Position numbers and translations under genes: made by a program. A stretch of 64,000 nucleotides of DNA, taken from Oscillospiraceae bacterium (GTDB lineage Bacteria > Bacillota > Clostridia > Oscillospirales > Ruminococcaceae). Shown piece after piece: positions 57,144-64,000 of the stretch (positions within the stretch are counted from its first letter, which is position 1; every line of letters begins with the position of its first letter). The notes below the pieces were generated by a model. That model searched no databases and was not told the DNA's origin. It saw nothing but the letters and a program-made list of their open reading frames with translations. The stretch is from positions 12,142 to 76,141 of the forward strand of contig JALFVE010000005.1 in NCBI GenBank assembly GCA_022787085.1, in the 5' to 3' direction.

Positions 57144-58535
57144 TCAGTCCTTATTGATTGCCAAAACGCTGTTTCCTTCCATTCTTGCGATGCCGTATTC
57201 CAGCTTCAGCTGCTTGCCGATGTACAGCTTTTCAAAGCACCTGATGATCCTCTTGGCAACAAGATCGCCGTTTTGAGTGTTGGAATCCATCAGAATAACA
57301 ATGATCTGCTTGCTTGAATATCTGGTTGAAACATCCACACGTCTGAGAGATGTGTAGATTGCCTTGTCAAGCATTTCCAACGCAGCCTCCACCTCATCGG
57401 GAGCAGGCTCGCCGACGCCGTCAGCGGGAACAACGGTGAAAAGGATAGTCTGCACCTCTCTGCCGCTTCTGCTGACGAATCTCTTGATGAAATTGTAAAC
57501 ATGGTGGAAGCTTTCAAAATCCAGAAGATAAGCGCCTTTACCGCTGTCAGCACGGCTGAAAAGCTCACTGAGATAAGCAAGGTCAACGTTTTTAGCAGAG
57601 CGCTTCTTCTCCGACTCACTCTGATCGCTGAAGAAATGGTAAGAATTTTTGCCGTTCTGCTTAACGTAATAAAGTGCCTTATCAGCAGCATTGTAGAGCT
57701 TGCTGAAATCCGTACCGTCCTCGGGGGTCTGAGCGATACCGATGGAAACGGAGGAATTTGTCTCAAACTTGCACTGCTCCAGCTTGTAGCACAGGTCGGA
57801 TATAATGTCGGAAGCACGGTTGCCTATCTCGCTCTTTGAGTAAATATCCTTAGCAAAAACCACAAATTCATCACCGCCGATACGGCAGAGAATATCCTCC
57901 TCGGAAGCATATTTTCTGAGAGTGTCGGCAAACATAATCAATGTCTGATCTCCTGCGATATGACCGTAATTATCATTGATCGCCTTGAAATTATCCATAT
58001 CTATCATCATCAGAGCGCCCCTGACGCCCTCGGAGATCATATTGTTGACAGTTTCCTCGGTGTGAGCCCTGTTCCATAGCCCCGTAAGAGCGTCCTGACG
58101 GGATTTGCTTTTGATATCCGATACCTCTTTGGTTTTCTGCTCAAGTCTGTCCGCCAGATTGCGGCGCAATTCCTCCAGCTCAAGCACCCTGCCTATTCTT
58201 GAAAGCATGACCTCCGCAACGAAGGGCTTTGCGATAAAATCAACAGCGCCCTCCTTAAAGCAGCGGGTCTCAGTCTCGGTATCGTTGTCCGCCGTAAGGA
58301 AAATAACAGGGATATGCTTACAGCGCTCCATCTTTTTGATCCTGTCAAAGACCTCGAAGCCGTCCATTTCAGGCATATTGATATCCAGCAGGATAATGTC
58401 GCACTCACCGTTCTCAAGGTATGTAAGCGCCTGTTCGCCCCTCATAACGGGAATGACCTTATATTCACCGCTGAGCACCTTGCGGGCAGAAGCAAGATTA
58501 AGCTTGTTATCATCAACTATCAGAATATTTTTCAT
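57144..58535 (-). CDS. REC-GGDEF diguanylate cyclase with a second, degenerate GGDEF domain
   Basis: ILIVDD, LLDINMP, KPF; DALTGLWNR, RIGGDEF; C-terminal RRVD...RYSSKQ; start ATG 58535 with SD GAGGTG. Confidence 0.92.
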   Translation of the reverse strand: MKNILIVDDNKLNLASARKVLSGEYKVIPVMRGEQALTYLENGECDIILLDINMPEMDGFEVFDRIKKMERCKHIPVIFLTADNDTETETRCFKEGAVDFIAKPFVAEVMLSRIGRVLELEELRRNLADRLEQKTKEVSDIKSKSRQDALTGLWNRAHTEETVNNMISEGVRGALMMIDMDNFKAINDNYGHIAGDQTLIMFADTLRKYASEEDILCRIGGDEFVVFAKDIYSKSEIGNRASDIISDLCYKLEQCKFETNSSVSIGIAQTPEDGTDFSKLYNAADKALYYVKQNGKNSYHFFSDQSESEKKRSAKNVDLAYLSELFSRADSGKGAYLLDFESFHHVYNFIKRFVSRSGREVQTILFTVVPADGVGEPAPDEVEAALEMLDKAIYTSLRRVDVSTRYSSKQIIVILMDSNTQNGDLVAKRIIRCFEKLYIGKQLKLEYGIARMEGNSVLAINKD

Positions 58536-58545
58536 AAAAGCCACC

Positions 58546-59406
58546 TCATTCATCAATAATATACAAAACTCCGATCGCACCGGGACCGCAGTTGCTCGAA
58601 ACTGTTGCAGAAGCAGTTGTGACGATCACCTCGTCAAAGCTGTACAGCCGTTCGATCTCCGCCTTTAAAGCGTTTATCATCCTGACGGTACAGCCCGCAT
58701 GGGTGATAAAGAGCCTTTTTTTGTTGATTTTCCTGTTGTGCCGAAGCTCGCTTTTAATATACCTGACAACAGATTTTTCATAGCTGCCCGTCTGAACATT
58801 TTTCAGAGTCATCCTGCCGTTTTTCATGGTAAGCACAGGGTAGACCCTGAAAGCAGCGGAAAAATCCCGAACCGATTTGCTCACCCTGCCGTTGCGGTAA
58901 AGGTAGTCAACATTTCTTGTAATAAAGCTGGTGGAAACTCTCTTTTTAAGTGACTCCATTTCCGAGACGATCTCCTCTGCCCCTGAGCCCTTGTCCCGCA
59001 TATCCACAGCTCTTATGATCATATGCCCCATCCCCGTAGACAAATGATGGGAATCAATAACATGGACCCGACTGCTCATATCGCCCATCAGCTCCAGACC
59101 CTCGCAGGCGTTTTTGTAAGCGGCGCTTGTATCGCTGCTGATGCAGATATGAACGATCTCGTCGTATTTTCCGAGATATTGCTCAAAAAGCTCCTTGTAT
59201 TCGTCGGGAGTAGGCTCAAAGGTCTCCGCCTTTTCTCCGCCTTCCTCGAGATACTCGATAATATTTCTTGAATCGATCTCTTCGCCGTCACGAAAGCGAC
59301 CGGTTGCAGTAATGATGTAAAAATATGCGATCCCGATATCATGGAGCTTCAGATATTCCTCGGGAAGGTCGCAGACGCAGTCTGTGGAAATTCCTGTTTT
59401 CATCAC
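58546..59406 (-). CDS. DegV (EDD) family lipid-binding protein, atypical
   Basis: TDCVCDLP, ICISS..SAAY, IDSHHLSTGMG, L.RNGRV, ITHAG, NCGPGAIG. Confidence 0.88.
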   Translation of the reverse strand: MMKTGISTDCVCDLPEEYLKLHDIGIAYFYIITATGRFRDGEEIDSRNIIEYLEEGGEKAETFEPTPDEYKELFEQYLGKYDEIVHICISSDTSAAYKNACEGLELMGDMSSRVHVIDSHHLSTGMGHMIIRAVDMRDKGSGAEEIVSEMESLKKRVSTSFITRNVDYLYRNGRVSKSVRDFSAAFRVYPVLTMKNGRMTLKNVQTGSYEKSVVRYIKSELRHNRKINKKRLFITHAGCTVRMINALKAEIERLYSFDEVIVTTASATVSSNCGPGAIGVLYIIDE

Positions 59407-62090
59407 ATAACCTCCTCCGTTTCCGCTTCAAGCCTGGCGATCTCCTCTGAGGCAGCGTCGTATTCAAAATCCTCCGCCAGCTCAGCCGCCCTGCCGAAAA
59501 TTTCAGAAAGAGGTCTGCCCTTGCAGGAAAATCCCGCAGTCTCCTCAGCAACAGCCTTGACAGCGTCGCCGTCAAAGCCACGGCAGGCTTCCTTAGCCCT
59601 CAGTATGTATTCGGCAAGCTTTTCGGGTTCAATTTCCACAAGCTCGGCGCTGCTGATCTCCTTAGCCTGAATATCGTCATCCTGAGAGTCCTCACCGAGA
59701 TAATCCCTGATAATATCAATTACCTCGCCGTAAAGCCTTGACAGAGTGGCGTTTTTCTTTTCAATGGTGCGGTAGCTCTGCGCCTTGCCCGCAGCCTCAA
59801 GCTCCTTGGCAAGCCCTGAAAGCTTGACAGCGCCGATGCTCATTGAAGTGCTTTTGAGCGCATGGACCTCGATGATATAATTCTTCCAGTCCTTTTTTTC
59901 AAAGAGCTCATCAATATACTCTCTCTTTTCGGCGCCCTTTTTCACATACAGCTCAAGGATCTCACGATAAGCCTCCATGCTGCCTCCCGTGTACATAAGA
60001 CCCTTGTCGGGATCGAACATAGCCGAGCCTTCATTATCCGTTCTGCCTGCATTTTTGCGCCTGTCCGCACCCGAATATTCCGAAGCGGAGGGAGCCTGGA
60101 TATACTCCTTGGGAAGATAATTTCTGAGTATCCTGTCAAGAGCGGAAAGCTCGATGGGCTTTGCAAGGAAATCGTTAAGCCCCTCTCTGATAAACATCTC
60201 CCTGACGCCGTTGACAGCATTAGCGGTAAGAGCCACAATGGGCAGCTTTTTGTAATAATCGCCCTCCATCTCCCTGATTAGCTTAGTAGCCTCAACGCCG
60301 TCCATCTCGGGCATCATATGGTCCATAAACACAAGATCGATATCCTTGGAACGTAGCATATTTATAGCCGCAGGACCGCTTTCGGCAGTCATGACCTGCA
60401 TATGATAGGGCTGCATAAGACCCACAGCCACCTTGAGATTGATGGCATTGTCGTCCACAATAAGAATCCTTGCCTTAGGAGCGGAAAAGCGGATATCGGA
60501 GCCTCTCCGTTCATTTATGTTGATAACAATATTTTCATTGTTAAGCGCCGACACAACAGATATCGCATAAAAGGGCTTGAAAATGCACTTGATATTGTCG
60601 GGAAGATTGATAGCGTCCATTCTGTCCTGAATGACAAAGACCTCTGCCTTGTCAGCAATGCCCCCGAAAATGTCGGCATTTTCGATATATTCCTCCTTGC
60701 CCGCAAAGAAGTGGGTAAATTCGCCGCTTTCCGCCATAGCCTTCAGCTCGTCGCCGCTGCCGCAGCATCTGAAATCCACATCAAGCATCTCGCCCATTTC
60801 GGAGAAATGCCTCTGATAAACGTCATTCTTACCTGTTTTTCCGAAAAGACCCGCCGCATGTATAGCCTGAGGCTCCCTGACAGTGATAAAGGGTCTTTCG
60901 TCCGAGACCTTCATAGGGATAACAAAGCGAAATTCTGAGCCTCTTCCGTATTCGCTCCTTACGCTTATAAAACCGCCCATCTGACCGATAAGGCGCTTTG
61001 AAATGGCAAGACCCAGACCTGTGCCCTCAACGGAGCGGTTCTTCTTGGTATCCACCTGACGGAAGCTTGTAAACAGCTTTTCAATATTCTCCTCAGAAAT
61101 ACCGATGCCCGTGTCCGCCACAGAAACCAGAAGATTGATTCCGTAATCCTGCTTGGACCTGGAAACGGAAAGAGTAACAAAGCCCTTTTCGGTGTATTTG
61201 ATGGCATTGGTCATAAGGTTCACAATGACCTGCCTTATTCTCACCTCGTCGCCGATAATGCCTCTTGGGATATTGGGGTCAGCCTTGACGATAATGTCGA
61301 TCTTCTTGTTGCCCTTTCTCGCCTCGGACATATTGATAACCGTGTTCAGAGTGGAAGCGATGTTAAATTCATCGGGTATAAGCTCCAGCTTGCCCGATTC
61401 GATCTTTGAGAAATCCAGGATATCATTGATAATGGAAAGCAGACTTCTGCCCGAGGTCTGGATATTGAAGCAGTTCTCACGAACGCTCTCGCTGAGTCCG
61501 TTTTCACGGAGAATAAGCTCGCACATTCCCACAATAGCGTTCATAGGGGTGCGTATCTCATGGCTCATGTTAGCAAGGAAATCCGACTTGTAATGCTCCG
61601 CCTGCCTTGCCTCCATAACGCTCTGAGTAAGCTCCTCCTCGTTCTTATCCATACTCGTGATAAACACCATCAGGAAAAACAGCGCCGTGACCATAACGGA
61701 AATTCTGACAATGAAATGGGTAATATCCGTAATAGTCGCAAAGCTTACGCTTTCCATCACAAAAATATGGAAAAGGATCCCGCCCAGAATAAGCAGAGTA
61801 TATCCCAGCAGCAGCTTTGAATCCTTATAAACTGAAATAAGGATGGCAGCGCCCATAAAAACCATAATGGAGGGATAAATATCATTTTCCATAATGCTGC
61901 ACATAAAAATATTGGAAAAAGAAAATATCATTAGCACCACAGACTGCGCCTTGACGGAGAACTTAGGATAAAAAGTAATAACAGTCAGCACAGCGGCATG
62001 GAGAATAAGCATCCTGATGACCCGGGGATCCCAGCCGCTGAACACGCTCATAGCGCACATAATAGCCGTGCAGAATAAAAAAACCAGCAA
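59403..62090 (-). CDS. Hybrid sensor kinase: about 5 TM-HisKA-HATPase-pseudo-REC-REC-Hpt
   Basis: MSHEIRTP, NAIKY, DTGIG, GTGLG, FMDHMMP, VHALKS; TTG start at 62090 uncertain (frame open to 62150). Confidence 0.9.
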   Translation of the reverse strand: MLVFLFCTAIMCAMSVFSGWDPRVIRMLILHAAVLTVITFYPKFSVKAQSVVLMIFSFSNIFMCSIMENDIYPSIMVFMGAAILISVYKDSKLLLGYTLLILGGILFHIFVMESVSFATITDITHFIVRISVMVTALFFLMVFITSMDKNEEELTQSVMEARQAEHYKSDFLANMSHEIRTPMNAIVGMCELILRENGLSESVRENCFNIQTSGRSLLSIINDILDFSKIESGKLELIPDEFNIASTLNTVINMSEARKGNKKIDIIVKADPNIPRGIIGDEVRIRQVIVNLMTNAIKYTEKGFVTLSVSRSKQDYGINLLVSVADTGIGISEENIEKLFTSFRQVDTKKNRSVEGTGLGLAISKRLIGQMGGFISVRSEYGRGSEFRFVIPMKVSDERPFITVREPQAIHAAGLFGKTGKNDVYQRHFSEMGEMLDVDFRCCGSGDELKAMAESGEFTHFFAGKEEYIENADIFGGIADKAEVFVIQDRMDAINLPDNIKCIFKPFYAISVVSALNNENIVININERRGSDIRFSAPKARILIVDDNAINLKVAVGLMQPYHMQVMTAESGPAAINMLRSKDIDLVFMDHMMPEMDGVEATKLIREMEGDYYKKLPIVALTANAVNGVREMFIREGLNDFLAKPIELSALDRILRNYLPKEYIQAPSASEYSGADRRKNAGRTDNEGSAMFDPDKGLMYTGGSMEAYREILELYVKKGAEKREYIDELFEKKDWKNYIIEVHALKSTSMSIGAVKLSGLAKELEAAGKAQSYRTIEKKNATLSRLYGEVIDIIRDYLGEDSQDDDIQAKEISSAELVEIEPEKLAEYILRAKEACRGFDGDAVKAVAEETAGFSCKGRPLSEIFGRAAELAEDFEYDAASEEIARLEAETEEVM

Positions 62091-62296
62091 AGCAGCCTTA
62101 GCCGCAGTTTTTTTATCGGTAACGATATCGGTATATCTTGTTATAATAGATCATCCCTTTTCTGAGAGCAAAGTAATTCCGAAGGATGGCACACCTCTGA
62201 AGCTAAAAATAAAGCCTTCCCGTGCGCCGGTTGTAAACGGTTTCCATCTGCCGCAGCAGAGGAAATCAAGGGAAAAAAGCAGTTCTTATTATTCCT

Positions 62297-62325
62297 ATTT
62301 TACTATATTTCAGGCTAATAAGCAA
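62297..62325 (-). promoter_or_regulatory. SigA promoter of the phosphorelay operon
   Basis: TTGCTT (62325-62320), 17 bp, TAAAAT (62302-62297). Confidence 0.6.
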
Positions 62326-62493
62326 GATTTTTTTTGCAATTAAAGAAAAAAAACGATCTTTTTATACTTTTACCTCAAAAAACTCTTCCCAACAGCCCCG
62401 CTCCTTGTCGAATGTTAACGATAAGCATCAGAAATAAAAAGAGCAGAAAAAGACAGCCGAGCCGCATCGCAGCCCGACTGTCCTAATAAATAA

Positions 62494-64000
62494 TTATTCA
62501 ACAACGAGAGTATAATTCCTGCTCTCATCGGTCTTGAAGGAAAATCTTCCGTACTTGTCGAGAGTGCCTGAAATAATGACCTTCTCGGTGTTCTTTCTTC
62601 CGCTGTAAATGGTAAATGCGGAATTAGCATACTTGTCGCCCAGATCAATAACGATCACACCCCGCCTGCTGTCGGAGCTGACTTTGATGCGGTTCATATC
62701 GCCGTCGTAGGAGTAAACATAGGAATGGCTCCAAGCCTTTGACATAAGAGCGAAGGTTTCGTTCCGCACCGCAGTAACATAAATCTTTGAAGCAGGCATG
62801 ATAAAGCTGCCTTTTTCATTGATCTGAATGATCTTCTGACCGTTTTCAGCAGTAACGATGATGTCATAACCGAAATCGGTCTTAACATTAACGGTATCGC
62901 CCGCAGCCGCCATGGATTTGTCAGTGAAAGCGTTTCCGCTTGTAATAACGGGATAGTAAATCACAGGGTCAGGCTCAGGAATGGGAAGCCTGCTGATAAC
63001 GAGTTTCTTATCCACCGTTTCAGTTCTGCCGTTTTCATCGCTGACAGTGACAGTAACAATGATCATGCCGTCATTCTCGGAAGTGGAGGGAATGATATCA
63101 AAGCTGTCAACATTAACAGTGACATCATCGCCTGCCGCAGATCTTGAAGTCTCGAGAATGTCCTCCATAGAAGTGTCGTTGTCAGGATCGAAGCTGTCAA
63201 GTGCACCGTCAATAGCCTTAGCAGCGATCATCACCTTATCGGGACCGTTGTCGGTGTCAGCGTACGCAATGGCATAGGATGAGAATTTGTCTGTATTGAA
63301 TATACCCTTTCCCGAATCTGCGTCATATTCGCAGTCAAGGATGTCCGCCCTTCCGCTGTGAACACGAATGATGGAGTACTCTCTTGAAACATTCATATCT
63401 GAGCATATAAGCTTCTCGGGCATCTCAAAGGTGATCTTAGGGCTGACCACCTCATCGGAGCCGTTTGTGAATATAGGAACAGCATTAGTATACTCTCCCG
63501 ACTTTTCCTTAACAGAGCCGCCGCTGATCACAAAATTATTGCTTTCATTTGCATTGCGGCCGCAGCCGATACCCATACCCCAAGAGCCGCCTTGAGCGGT
63601 AACGGTTCCGCCGCTGATTGTAATGTTGGAACCTTTGTTATAGGCTCCGCCGCCGATACCTGCACCCCAATATCCGCCTGTTGCACTAACAGTGCCGCCG
63701 CTTATGGGTATGTATGATGCACTGGCGTTGTATCCTCCGCCGATACCTGCGCCGCCGTCTGCATTAGTTACGGAGCTGCCACCTTTTGCAATAACATTGC
63801 CGCCGCTTATGGATATGTATGAAGCGCTGCCGCCGTTTCCACCGCCGATACCCGCAGCACTTGTGCCGCCGTTTGCGGTAACAGTGCCGCCGCTTATTGT
63901 AATATTCGAGCCGTTATTTTTACCGCCGCCTATACCTGCGCCACCGGAACCGCCCTGTGCGTAAATAGTACCGCCGCTTATGGTGATATTTGAAGCGATG
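62494..64000 (-). CDS. Large surface protein, C-terminal part: Gly-rich GIGGG/ITISGG beta-helix-like repeats, linker domain and the shared C-terminal module; runs off the right edge
   Basis: Hand translation shows the frame open from 63999 with no stop (IASNITISGGTIYAQGGSGGAGIGGG...); the ORF-track start at 63576 is only the first internal Met; ends NYTLVVE*. Confidence 0.88.
   Translation of the reverse strand, partial: IASNITISGGTIYAQGGSGGAGIGGGKNNGSNITISGGTVTANGGTSAAGIGGGNGGSASYISISGGNVIAKGGSSVTNADGGAGIGGGYNASASYIPISGGTVSATGGYWGAGIGGGAYNKGSNITISGGTVTAQGGSWGMGIGCGRNANESNNFVISGGSVKEKSGEYTNAVPIFTNGSDEVVSPKITFEMPEKLICSDMNVSREYSIIRVHSGRADILDCEYDADSGKGIFNTDKFSSYAIAYADTDNGPDKVMIAAKAIDGALDSFDPDNDTSMEDILETSRSAAGDDVTVNVDSFDIIPSTSENDGMIIVTVTVSDENGRTETVDKKLVISRLPIPEPDPVIYYPVITSGNAFTDKSMAAAGDTVNVKTDFGYDIIVTAENGQKIIQINEKGSFIMPASKIYVTAVRNETFALMSKAWSHSYVYSYDGDMNRIKVSSDSRRGVIVIDLGDKYANSAFTIYSGRKNTEKVIISGTLDKYGRFSFKTDESRNYTLVVE

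Noticed and set aside
62113-62154. Tyr/Arg-rich 13-aa uORF MIYYNKIYRYRYR as an attenuator peptide
   Set aside because: The SD-like AGGG abuts the ATG, no terminator follows, the downstream genes are unrelated to Tyr synthesis, and the composition is explained by an alternate frame of AT-rich sequence.
62188-62264. Cobalamin riboswitch (CACGGGAAGGC resembles part of the B12 box)
   Set aside because: The other conserved elements (GGGAA...GGTG.AA.TCC, CCCGC..CTGT) are missing.
63577-63579. Start of the 62494 protein at 63576 as given by the ORF track
   Set aside because: The frame is open upstream to the window edge, so this Met is internal.

Overview
A ~50% GC chromosomal window from a gut Firmicute; gene content and codon style point to Oscillospiraceae/Ruminococcus-like (inference). 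Housekeeping content: rlmB, tRNA-Leu(GAG), hisC, ppk1, a complete pstSCAB-phoU-phoB-phoR operon, rimO-pgsA, iscS-iscU, a YknXYZ/MacAB-like exporter with a GntR(YtrA)-type regulator, an AraC/GH51 arabinofuranosidase locus, an amidase and an orphan solute-binding lipoprotein. Most notable observations: (1) an Rpn (PD-(D/E)XK) nuclease gene followed by a tandem array of its own 3' end, giving a free-standing RpnS-like ORF plus a decayed third copy; (2) a four-gene phosphorelay operon with an altered DegV lipid-binding protein coupled between a hybrid kinase and a REC-GGDEF cyclase; (3) a ~150-aa C-terminal module shared by two unrelated large surface proteins and a gene relic, where an SLH/dockerin/LPxTG anchor would normally sit; (4) a 160-bp MITE-like element with 15-bp perfect TIRs and a TTA duplication, whose removal restores a membrane-protein ORF; (5) two apparent pseudoenzymes (P1B-ATPase-derived and GH4); (6) a three-copy 19-bp hairpin repeat forming the tRNA-Leu leader. 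No CRISPR array, rRNA, integrase or intact IS transposase was seen. Family assignments are by eye from recalled motifs, not database searches.
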